Below, in pieces: positions 12,720 to 25,400 of a DNA stretch of 64,000 nucleotides; positions within the stretch are counted from its first letter, which is position 1; every line of letters starts with the position of its first letter. The stretch comes from Dendrobates tinctorius. Its lineage: Eukaryota. The position numbers were made by a program, and so were the translations under genes. The DNA lies in contig NW_027361810.1 in assembly GCF_039654945.1 (NCBI RefSeq), forward strand, positions 3,162,001 through 3,226,000, read 5' to 3'. The notes beneath the pieces were generated by a model. That model saw only the letters and a list, made by a program, of their open reading frames with translations. It made no database searches and had not been told where the DNA came from.

Positions 12720-14580
12720 TATAGGTGGAAGAGGCCGCTACAATGTATCTATAGTATCAGACCAACCAGTACTCTATATCTATAGGTATCAGGTAAAAAA
12801 AATTACTATGTATCTATAATATCACACCTAAGAGGGCAATGTACCTATAGGTATCACACCTGAAAGTACTATGTATCTATAGTATCACAAAGCAAAGGAT
12901 GGAGGGAGACTGTAGGGTTAATTATATAGATGTATAAAAGACCACAAATCTTGAAAGAGAGGACAATGTACCAGATCTACAGGACACTCACAGCTTAGAG
13001 ATATATAGGTGGCGTGTCTTTGCTAGGCAGACATATAGGTGACGGCTAAAAATCCCAGTGGATGGAAACAATCTATATGTGACAGTAACATAACTACATA
13101 TGTATATATATATATATGTGTAGATAGGAGATATGTAGGTAATAAATGGTGGCAATGTCTAGGTGATTGATGGCAGGTAAGGGGGTAGAGCTGGATGTCA
13201 GCTGTGTCTGTGTATATCACACTACAGGTTTATATACCCCCACAGACATGACAGGGATAATGATCCATAGGTGGTCAAGAAGGGGCCTAGATGTGGGAAA
13301 ATATAGAAGGTCCCGAATGGAGTATAGGTGAAGGGTAGTGGCTTCTATAAGCTTCAATGGGGGGTGAAATGTGCAGAGGGGTTTATATATCTCCTAAAAT
13401 GCAAGGAGTATATGCATTGGTGACACAGGGACTATAAAGGCTCCAGTTGATGTATATCCAGGTGGCAGCAGGTGAATCTATAGGTAACCAGGTTGGTATA
13501 TTCCAGCAGCAGTTTGCACAGAATGGGGTAGATCTATAGGTTTCTGTATATCCAGATCACCTTATAGGTGGGGGTTGAGTGTGTTTATACTTCAGATGGA
13601 TACAGGCGTCTCTGTACATTCAAGTGGGAGCAGTATGGATCTATAGGTGACAGACTCCATACACTCCAGTTGATGGCAGTGATGGTCTATAGGTGACGGG
13701 GTCCATATATCCCAGCAGCCATAGGTACAGGTTTGGGTATATCGATAGGCTCCAATAGAGGGTTGCAGGTGTTTCTGTATATCCAGACGTCAGCAGAACT
13801 ATAGGTGACCAGCTCTATAGGCTCCAGGGTCTACAAGCAATAAGGGGTGAATTGTGTAGGAAGGGGGTCTGTATATATCCTACAAGGTGAGCGTTATATC
13901 CATTGGTGACAAAGGAATTCTGTAGGCTCCAGTTGAAGTATATCCAGGTGGCAGCAGGTGAATTCTGTGGCTCTATAGGAGTCCAGGTCTGTATATTCCA
14001 GAAGCAGGAGGCACAGGATGGAGGTCTCGCTGTAGCTAGGTCACACTATAGGTACCTGAAGGGTCTGTTTATAGGCTCCCACCCAATGATGCAGGGGTCT
14101 TGGTGTATGCAAGTCACCTTATAAGCAATCTATGTAGAAGTGACTGTATACGACCCCTTATAGGTGGTCAATGTAGAGGTGACTGTATACATTTCCAGCG
14201 CACACGGTTGCAGTCGTTTGTATCTCTGAGTCACTCTATAGGTGACGGGAGGGTCTATAATGTACAACAGCTCACGGCTGCAGTCCAGTAACTGGAGGTG
14301 CAGGAGATCTACCAGTGCCAAGTGACGGCTGTGGGGTCCGGTGTATCCAGGTGATTCTATAGGTGACCACGGCGGGGTCTGGTGTATCTGGGTGATTCTA
14401 TAGGTGACCGGTACAGGGTTTGGTGTATCCCGGCCTCTATGTAGGTGACGGCTGCAGGGTCCTTGTATCCAGGTCTCTAAAAGTGATGATATAAGTCTAT
14501 GTCTATCCAGGCAGTGGCAGATCTATAGGTGACGGCTGCAGGGTCCCTTTATCCTGGTGACCCTATCTGTGGGTGGGGGT
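12720..14580. repeat. Highly degenerate tandem repeat built on ctataggtgac..gtatatcc motifs
   Basis: Recurrent tctataggtg and tgtatatcc words at roughly 30-45-bp spacing, converging on the 35-bp unit to the right. Confidence 0.55.
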
Positions 14581-14582
14581 TG

Positions 14583-16020
14583 TGTATCCGGGTCTCTCTT
14601 CAGCTCCCGGGAGCCCCTGTATCCAGGTCTCTCTTCAGGTCCTGGGGGTCCCTGTATCCGGGTCTCTCTTCAGGTCGCGGGGGTCCCTGTATCCGGGTCT
14701 CTCTTCAGGTCGCGGGGGTCCCTGTATCCGGGTCTCTCTTCAGGTCGCGGGGGTCCCTGTATCCGGGTCTCTCTTCAGGTCGCGGGGGCCCCTGTATATC
14801 CGGGTCTCTCTTCAGGTCCCGGGGGACCCTGTATCCGGGTCTCTACAGGTCCCGGGGGCCCCTGTATCCGGGTCTCTACAGGTCCCGGGGGCCCCTGTAT
14901 TCGGGTCTCTACAGGTCCCGGGGGCCCCTGTATTCGGGTCTCTACAGGTCCCGGGGGCCCCTGTATCCGGGTCTCTACAGGTCCCGGGGGCCCCTGTATC
15001 CGGGTCTCTCTGCAGGTCCCGGGGTCCCTGTATCCGGGTCTCTCTTCAGGTCGTGGGGGCACCTGTATCCGGGTCTCTCTGCAGGTCCCGGGGGTCCCTG
15101 TATCCGGGTCTCTCTGCAGGTCCCGGGAGCCCCTGTATCCGCTTCTCTCTGCAGGCCCTGGGAGCCCCTGTATCCGGGTCTCTCTTCAGGTCCCGGGGGC
15201 CCCTGTATCCGGGTCTCTCTTCAGGTCCCGGGGGCCCCTGTATATCCGGGTCTCTCTTCAGGTCCCGGGGGCCCCTGTATATCCGGGTCTCTCTTCAGGT
15301 CCCGGGGGCCCCTGTATATCCGGGTCTCTCTTCAGGTCCCGGGGGCCCCTGTATATCCGGGTCTCTCTTCAGGTCCCGGGGGCCCCTGTATATCCGGGTC
15401 TCTCTTCAGGTCCCGGGGGCCCCTGTATATCCGGGTCTCTCTTCAGGTCCCGGGGGCCCCTGTATATCCGGGTCTCTCTTCAGTCTTCAGGTCGCGGGGG
15501 CCCCTGTATATCCGGGTCTCTCTTCAGGTCCCGGGGGCCCCTGTATCCGGGTCTCTCTTCAGGTCGCGGGGGCCCCTGTATCCGGGTCTCTCTTCAGGTC
15601 GCGGGGGCCCCTGTATATCCGGGTCTCTCTTCAGGTCCCGGGGGCCCCTGTATCCGGGTCTCTATTCAGGTCCCGGGGGGCCCCTGTATCCGGGTCTCTC
15701 TTCAGGTCGCGGGGGCCCCTGTATCCGGGTCTCTCTTCAGGTCCCGGGGGCCCCTGTATCCGGGTCTCTCTTCAGGTCCCGGGGGCCCCTGTATCCGGGT
15801 CTCTCTTCAGGTCCCGGGGGCCCGTGTATCCGGGTCTCTCTGCAGGTCCCGGGGGCCCCTGTATACGGGTCTCTCTTCAGGTCCCGGGGGCCCCTGTATC
15901 CGGGTCTCTCTTCAGGTCCCGGGGGCCCCTGTATCCGGGTCTCTCTGCAGGTCCCGGGGGCCCCTGTATCCGGGTCTCTCTTCAGGTCCCGGGGGCCCCT
16001 GTATCCGGGTCTCTACAGGT
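14583..16020. repeat. 35-bp CpG-rich minisatellite (cctgtatccgggtctctcttcaggtcccgggggcc)n
   Basis: About 40 copies, 32/35/37-bp variants; source of the three ~500-aa spurious ORFs. Confidence 0.95.
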
Positions 16021-16400
16021 GACAGCGGACGCCTCCGAGCCTCCAGGCGGCAGTTTACACGGTCAGTGACGTCAGGCCTCGCAGTATACAGCAGGTTCCG
16101 GCAGCGTCGGGCTCTCCTGGGCCCCGGGCCGGGATGTTTGGGCTCCGGCCTCGGTGTCACTGCTGCCCCCTCCCGCTCTCAGGCCGCAGCATAGCAACGG
16201 CAGCTGCGCACTCACCGCCCGTTCTCGCGAGAAGCGGCCGCGGCGGTGACGTCACCGCTGTAACCCGTGCGCTGCCGGCTGCTGCTGGACGGTGAATGGA
16301 CGAGGAAGAGAACGACGGTACCGGAGCCCGACCCGGCACATACTGAGAGCCGGAGACAGCGACACCCGGAGGAGGCGGCGGAGAGTGCGGAGAGAGGAGA
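16021..16400. promoter_or_regulatory. CpG-island promoter with two CREs, TCTCGCGAGA element and RFX half-site
   Basis: Very CpG-rich unique sequence; TGACGTCA at 16067-16074 and 16247-16254 (inside the 16-bp palindrome GCGGTGACGTCACCGC); TTCTCGCGAGAA 16222-16233; CATAGCAAC 16190-16198. Confidence 0.75.
16216..16400 (-). other. Candidate non-coding first exon (minus strand)
   Basis: Consensus donor GCG|GTGAGT at 16216/16215; pyrimidine-rich initiator-like stretch tctcctctctccgcactctcc near 16400 on the minus strand; TSS position approximate. Confidence 0.5.
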
Positions 16401-19400
16401 CAGTAACAAGAATAATACTAGTGAGAGCGGTAACCATAGTAACCATACTAGTGATAATAATACTAGTGAGAACGGTAACCATAGTAACCATACTAGTGAT
16501 AATAATACTAGTGAGAACGGTAACCATAGTAACCATACTAGTGATAATAATACTAGTGAGAACAGTAACCATAGTAACCATACTACTGATAATAATACTA
16601 GTGAGAACAGTAACCATAGTAACCATACTAGTGATAATAATACTAGTGAGAACGGTAACCATAGTAACCATACTAGTGATAATAATACTAGTGAGAACAG
16701 TAACCATAGTAACCATACTAGTGATAATAATACTAGTGAGAACAGTAACCATAGTAACCATACTAGTGATAATAATACTAGTGAGAACAGTAACCATAGT
16801 AACCATACTAGTGATAATAATACTAGTGAGAACAGTAACCATAGTAACCATACTAGTGATAATAATACTAGTGAGAACGGTAACCATAGTAACCATACTA
16901 CTGATAATAATACTAGTGAGAACAGTAACCATAGTAACCATACTAGTGATAATAATACTAGTGAGAACAGTAACCATAGTAACCATACTAGTGATAATAA
17001 TACTAGTGAGAACAGTAACCATAGTAACCATACTAGTGATAATAATACTAGTGAGAACGGTAACCATAGTAACCATACTAGTGATAATAATACTAGTGAG
17101 AACAGTAACCATAGTAACCATACTAGTGATAATAATACTAGTGAGAACGGTAACCATAGTAACCATACTAGTGATAATAATACTAGTGAGAACAGTAACC
17201 ATAGTAACCATACTAGTGATAATAATACTAGTGAGAACAGTAACCATAGTAACCATACTAGTGATAATAATACTAGTGAGAACGGTAACCATAGTAACCA
17301 TACTAGTGATAATAATACTAGTGAGAACAGTAACCATAGTAACCATACTAGTGATAATAATACTAGTGAGAACGGTAACCATAGTAACCATACTAGTGAT
17401 AATAATACTAGTGAGAACAGTAACCATAGTAACCATACTAGTGATAATAATACTAGTGAGAACAGTAACCATAGTAACCATACTAGTGATAATAATACTA
17501 GTGAGAACAGTAACCATAGTAACCATACTAGTGATAATAATACTAGTGAGAACAGTAACCATAGTAACCATACTAGTGATAATAATACTAGTGAGAACGG
17601 TAACCATAGTAACCATACTAGTGATAATAATACTAGTGAGAACAGTAACCATAGTAACCATACTAGTGATAATAATACTAGTGAGAACGGTAACCATAGT
17701 AACCATACTAGTGATAATAATACTAGTGAGAACGGTAACCATAGTAACCATACTAGTGATAATAATACTAGTGAGAACGGTAACCATACTAGTGATAATA
17801 ATACTAGTGAGAACAGTAACCATAGTAACCATACTAGTGATAATAATACTAGTGAGAACGGTAACCATAGTAACCATACTAGTGATAATAATACTAGTGA
17901 GAACAGTAACCATAGTAACCATACTAGTGATAATAATACGAGTGAGAACAGTAACCATAGTAACCATTCTAGTGATAATAATACTAGTGAGAACGGTAAC
18001 CATAGTAACCATACTAGTGATAATAATACTAGTGAGAACAGTAACCATAGTAACCATACTAGTGATAATAATACTAGTGAGAACAGTAACCATAGTAACC
18101 ATACTAGTGATAATAATATTAGTGAGAACAGTAACCATAGTAACCATACTAGTGATAATAATACTAGTGAGAACAGTAACCATAGTAACCATACTAGTGA
18201 TAATAATACTAGTGAGAACAGTAACCATAGTAACCATACTAGTGATAATAATACTAGTGAGAACGGTAACCATAGTAACCATACTAGTGATAATAATACT
18301 AGTGATAATAATACTAGTGATAACGGTAACCATAGTAACCATACTAGTGATAATAATACTAGTGAGAACGGTAACCATAGTAACCATACTAGTGATAATA
18401 ATACTAGTGAGAACGGTAACCATAGTAACCATACTAGTGATAATAATACTAGTGAGAACAGTAACCATAGTAACCATACTAGTGATAATAATACTAGTGA
18501 GAACAGTAACCATAGTAACCATACTAGTGATAATAATACTAGTGATAATAATACTAGTGATAACGGTAACCATAGTAACCATACTAGTGATAATAATACT
18601 AGTGATAACGGTAACCACAGTAACCATACTAGTGATAATAATACTAGTGAGAGCGGTAACCATAGTAACCATACTAGTGATAATAATACTAGTGAGAACG
18701 GTAACCATAGTAACCATACTAGTGATAATAATACTAGTGAGAGCGGTAACCATAGTAACCATACTAGTGATAATAATACTAGTGAGAACAGTAACCATAG
18801 TAGCCATACTAGTGATAATAATACTAGTGAGAACGGTAACCATAGTAACCATACTAGTGATAATAATACTAGTGAGAACAGTAACCATAGTAGCCATACT
18901 AGTGATAATAATACTAGTGAGAACGGTAACCATAGTAACCATACTAGTGATAATAATACTAGTGAGAACGGTAACCATAGTAGCCATACTAGTGATAATA
19001 ATACTAGTGAGAACGGTAACCATAGTAACCATACTAGTGATAATAATACTAGTGAGAACGGTAACCATAGTAGCCATACTAGTGATAATAATACTAGTGA
19101 GAACGGTAACCATAGTAGCCATACTAGTGATAATAATACTAGTGAGAACGGTAACCATAGTAGCCATACTAGTGATAATAATACTAGTGAGAACAGTAAC
19201 CATAGTAGCCATACTAGTGATAATAATACTAGTGAGAACGGTAACCATAGTAACCATACTAGTGATAATAATACTAGTGAGAACGGTAACCATAGTAGCC
19301 ATACTAGTGATAATAATACTAGTGAGAACGGTAACCATAGTAACCATACTAGTGATAATAATACTAGTGAGAACAGTAACCATAGTAACCATACTAGTGA

Positions 19401-22400
19401 TAATAATACTAGTGAGAACGGTAACCATAGTAACCATACTAGTGATAATAATACTAGTGAGAACGGTAACCATAGTAACCATACTAGTGATAATAATACT
19501 AGTGAGAGCGGTAACCATAGTAACCATACTAGTGATAATAATACTAGTGAGAACGGTAACCATAGTAGCCATACTAGTGATAATAATACTAGTGAGAACG
19601 GTAACCATAGTAACCATACTAGTGATAATAATACTAGTGAGAACAGTAACCATAGTAACCATACTAGTGATAATAATACTAGTGAGAACGGTAACCATAG
19701 TAACCATACTAGTGATAATAATACTAGTGAGAACGGTAACCATAGTAACCATACTAGTGATAATAATACTAGTGAGAACGGTAACCATAGTAACCATACT
19801 AGTGATAATAATACTAGTGAGAACAGTAACCATAGTAACCATACTAGTGATAATAATACTAGTGAGAACAGTAACCATAGTAACCATACTAGTGATAATA
19901 ATACTAGTGAGAACGGTAACCATAGTAACCATACTAGTGATAATAATACTAGTGAGAACAGTAACCATAGTAACCATACTAGTGATAATAATACTAGTGA
20001 GAACGGTAACCATAGTAACCATACTAGTGATAATAATACTAGTGATAACGGTAACCATAGTAACCATACTAGTGATAATAATACTAGTGATAACGGTAAC
20101 CATAGTAACCATACTAGTGATAATAATACTAGTGAGAGCGGTAACCATAGTAACCATACTAGTGATAATAATACTAGTGAGAACAGTAACCATAGTAACC
20201 ATACTAGTGATAATAATACTAGTGAGAACGGTAACCATAGTAACCATACTAGTGATAATAATACTAGTGAGAACGGTAACCATAGTAACCATACTAGTGA
20301 TAATAATACTAGTGAGAGCGGTAACCATAGTAACCATACTAGTGATAATAATACTAGTGAGAACGGTAACCATAGTAGCCATACTAGTGATAATAATACT
20401 AGTGAGAACGGTAACCATAGTAACCATACTAGTGATAATAATACTAGTGAGAACAGTAACCATAGTAACCATACTAGTGATAATAATACTAGTGAGAACG
20501 GTAACCATAGTAACCATACTAGTGATAATAATACTAGTGAGAACAGTAACCATAGTAACCATACTAGTGATAATAATACTAGTGAGAACGGTAACCATAG
20601 TAACCATACTAGTGATAATAATACTAGTGATAATAATACTAGTGATAACGGTAACCATAGTAACCATACTAGTGATAATAATACTAGTGAAAACGGTAAC
20701 CATAGTAACCATACTAGTGATAATAATACTAGTGAGAGCGGTAACCATAGTAACCATACTAGTGATAATAATACTAGTGAGAACAGTAACCATAGTAACC
20801 ATACTAGTGATAATAATACTAGTGAGAACAGTAACCATAGTAACCATACTAGTGATAATAATACTAGTGAGAGCGGTAACCATACTAGTGATAATAATAC
20901 TAGTGAGAACAGTAACCATAGTAACCATACTAGTGATAATAATACTAGTGAGAACGGTAACCATAGTAACCATACTAGTGATAATAATACTAGTGATAAT
21001 AGTAACCATACTAGTGATAATAATACTGGTGAGAACGGTAACCATAGTAACCATACTAGTGATAATAATACTAGTGAGAACAGTAACCATAGTAACCATA
21101 CTAGTGATAATAATACTAGTGATAATAGTAACCATACTAGTGATAATAATACTAGTGAGAGCGGTAACCATAGTAACCATACTAGTGATAATAATACTAG
21201 TGAGAACAGTAACCATAGTAACCATACTAGTGATAATAATACTAGTGAGAGCGGTAACCATAGTAACCATACTAGTGATAATAATACTAGTGAGAGCGAT
21301 AACCATAGTAACCATACTAGTGATAATAATACTAGTGAGAACGGTAACCATAGTAACCATACTAGTGATAATAATACTAGTGAGAGCGGTAACCATAGTA
21401 ACCATACTAGTGATAATAATACTAGTGAGAACGGTAACCATAGTAACCATACTAGTGATAATAATACTAGTGAGAACAGTAACCATAGTAACCATACTAG
21501 TGATAATAATACTAGTGAGAACGGTAACCATAGTAACCATACTAGTGATAATAATACTAGTGATAACGGTAACCATAGTAACCATACTAGTGATAATAAT
21601 ACTAGTGATAACGGTAACCATAGTAACCATACTAGTGATAATAATACTAGTGAGAGCGGTAACCATAGTAACCATACTAGTGATAATAATACTAGTGAGA
21701 ACAGTAACCATAGTAACCATACTAGTGATAATAATACTAGTGAGAACAGTAACCATAGTAACCATACTAGTGATAATAATACTAGTGAGAGCGGTAACCA
21801 TAGTAACCATACTAGTGATAATAATACTAGTGAGAACAGTAACCATAGTAACCATACTAGTGATAATAATACTAGTGATAATAGTAACCATACTAGTGAT
21901 AATAATACTAGTGAGAACGGTAACCATACTAGTGATAATAATACTAGTAAGAACGGTAACCATAGTAACCATACTAGTGAGAACAGTAACCATAGTAACC
22001 ATACAAGTGATAATAATACTAGTAAGAACGGTAACCATAGTAACCGTACTAGTGATCATAATCCTAGTGATAACAGTAACCATAGTAACCATACTAGTGA
22101 TAATAATACTAGTGAGAGCGGTAACCATAGTAACCATACTAGTGATAATAATACTAGTGAGAACGGTAACCATAGTAACCATACTAGTGATAATAATACT
22201 AGTGATAATAGTAACCATACTAGTGATAATAATACTAGTGAGAACGGTAACCATACTAGTGATAATAATACTAGTAAGAACGGTAACCATAGTAACCATA
22301 CTAGTGAGAACAGTAACCATAGTAACCATACAAGTGATAATAATACTAGTAAGAACGGTAACCATAGTAACCGTACTAGTGATCATAATCCTAGTGATAA

Positions 22401-25400
22401 CAGTAACCATAGTAACCATACTAGTGATAATAATACTAGTGAGAATAGTAACCATAGTAACCATACTAGTGATAATAATACTAGTGATAACAGTAACCAT
22501 AGTAACCATACTAGTGAGAACAGTAACCATAGTAACCATACTAGTGATAATAATACTAGTGAGAACAGTAACCATAGTAACCATACTAGTGATAATAATA
22601 CTAGTGATAACAGTAACCATAGTAACCATGCTAGTGATAATAATACTAGTGAGAACGGTAACCATAGTAACCATACTAGTGATAATAATACTAGTGATAA
22701 CGGTAACCATAGTAACCATACTAGTGATAATAATACTAGTGAGAACAGTAACCATAGTAACCATACTAGTGATAATAATACTAGTGAGAACAGTAACCAT
22801 AGTAACCATACTAGTGATAATACTAGTGAGAACAGCAGTAACCATAGTAACCATACTAGTGATAATAATACTAGTGAGAACAGTAACCATAGTAACCATA
22901 CTAGTGATAATACTAGTGAGAACAGTAGCCATAGTAACCATACTAGTGATAATACTAGTGAGAACAGTAACCATAGTAACCATACTAGTGATAATACTAG
23001 TGAGAACGGTAACCATAGTAACCATACTAGTGAGAACAGTAACCATAGTAACCATACAAGTGATAATAATTTTAGTAAGAACGGTAACCATAGTAACCGT
23101 ACTAGTGATCATAATCCTAGTGATAACAGTAACCATAGTAACCATACTAGTGATAATAATACTAATGAGAACAGTAACCATACTAGTGATAATACTAGTG
23201 AGAACAGTAACCATAGTAACCATACTAGTGATAATAATACTAGTGAGAACAGTAACCATAGTAACCATACTAGTGATAATACTAGTGAGAACAGTAACCA
23301 TAGTAACCATACTAGTGATAATACTAGTGAGAACAGTAACCATAGTAACCATACTAGTGATAATACTAGCGAGAACGGTAACCATAGTAACCATACTAGT
23401 GATAATACTAGTGAGAACGGTAACCATAGTAACCATACTAGTGATAATAATACTAGTGATAACGGTATCCATAGTAACCAATACTAGTGATAATACTAGT
23501 GAGAACAGTAACCATAGTAACCATACTAGTGATAATACTAGTGAGAACGGTAACCATAGTAACCATACTAGTGATAATACTACTAGTGCTAACGGTAACC
23601 ATAGTAACCATACTAGTGATAATAATACTAGTGAGAACAGTAACCATAGTAACCATACTAGTGATAATAATACTAGTGAGAACAGTAACCATAGTAACCA
23701 TACTAGTGATAATACTAGTGAGAACAGTAACCATAGTAACCGTACTAGTGATCATAATCCTAGTGATAACAGTAACCATAGTACCCATACTAGTGATAAT
23801 AATACTAGTGAGAACAGTGACCATAGTAACCAAACTAGTGATAATACTAGTGATAACAGTAACCATAGTAACCATACTAGTGATAATACTAGTGAGAACA
23901 GTAACCATAGTAACCATACTAGTGATAATAATACTAGTGAGAACAGTAACCATAGTAACCATACTAGTGATAATAATACTAGTGATACCAGTAACCATAG
24001 TAACCATGCTAGTGATAATAATACTAGTGAGAACGGTAACCATAGTAACCATACTAGTGATAATAATACTAGTAATAACGGTAACCATAGTAACCATACT
24101 AGTGATAATAATACTAGTGAGAACAGTAACCATAGTAACCATACTAGTTATAATAATACTAGTGAGAACAGTAACCATAGTAACCATACTAGTGATAATA
24201 GTGAGAACAGTAACCATAGTAACCATACTAGTGATAATAATACTAGTGAGAACAGTAACCATAGTAACCATACTAGTGATAATACTAGTGAGAACAGTAG
24301 CCATAGTAACCATACTAGTGATAAATACTAGTGAGAACAGTAACCATAGTAACCATACTAGTGATAATACTAGTATGAACGGTAACCATAGTAACCATAC
24401 TAGTGATAATAATACTAGTGAGAACAGTAACCATAGTAACCATACTAGTGATAATAATACTAGTGAGAACAGTAACCATAGTAACCATACTAGTGATAAT
24501 AATACTAGTAAGAACGGTAACCATAGTAACCATACTAGTGAGAACAGTAACCATAGTAACCATAGAAGTGATAATAATTCTAGTAAGAACGGTAACCATA
24601 GTAACCGTACTAGTGATCATAATCCTAGTGAGAACAGTAACCACAGTAACCATACTAGTGATAATACTAGTGAGAACAGTAACCATAGTAACCATACTAG
24701 TGATAATACTAGTGAGAACAGTAACCATAGTAACCATACTAGTGATAATACTAGTGAGAACGGTAACCATAGTAACCATACTAGTGATAATACTAGTGAG
24801 AACGGTAACCATACTAGTGATAATAATACTAGTGAGAACGGTAACCATACTAGTGATAATAATACTAGTAAGAACGGTAACCATAGTAACCATACTAGTG
24901 AGACCAGTAACCATAGTAACCATACAAATGATAATAATACTAGTAAGAACGGTAACCATAGTAACCATACTAGTGCTCATAATCCTAGTGATAACAGTAA
25001 CCATAGTAACCATACTAGTGATAATAATACTAGTGAGAACAGTAACCATAGTAACCATACTAGTGATAATAATACTAGTGATAACAGTAACCATAGTAAC
25101 CATACTAGTGATAATACTAATGAGAACAGTAACCATAGTAACCATACTAGTGATAATAATACTAGTGAGAACAGTAACCATAGTAACCATGCTAGTGATA
25201 ATAATACTAGTGAGAACGGTAACCATAGTAACCATACTAGTGATAATAATACTAGTGCTAACGGTAACCATAGTAACCATACTAGTGATAATAATACTAG
25301 TGAGAACAGTAACCATAGTAACCATACTAGTGATAATAATACTAGTGAGAACAGTAACCATAGTAACCATACTAGTGATAATACTAGTGAGAACAGTAAC

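Noticed and set aside
14529-16194. Three ~500-aa Gly/Pro-rich ORFs, superficially collagen- or mucin-like
   Set aside because: 35-bp unit is not a multiple of 3, so the same peptides rotate through all frames; minisatellite artefact.
16296-16346. ATG GAC GAG GAA GAG AAC GAC G|GTACCG as a plus-strand coding first exon (MDEEEND)
   Set aside because: Weak Kozak (-3 T), weak donor, stop after 16 codons if unspliced, and no downstream plus-strand coding exons found.
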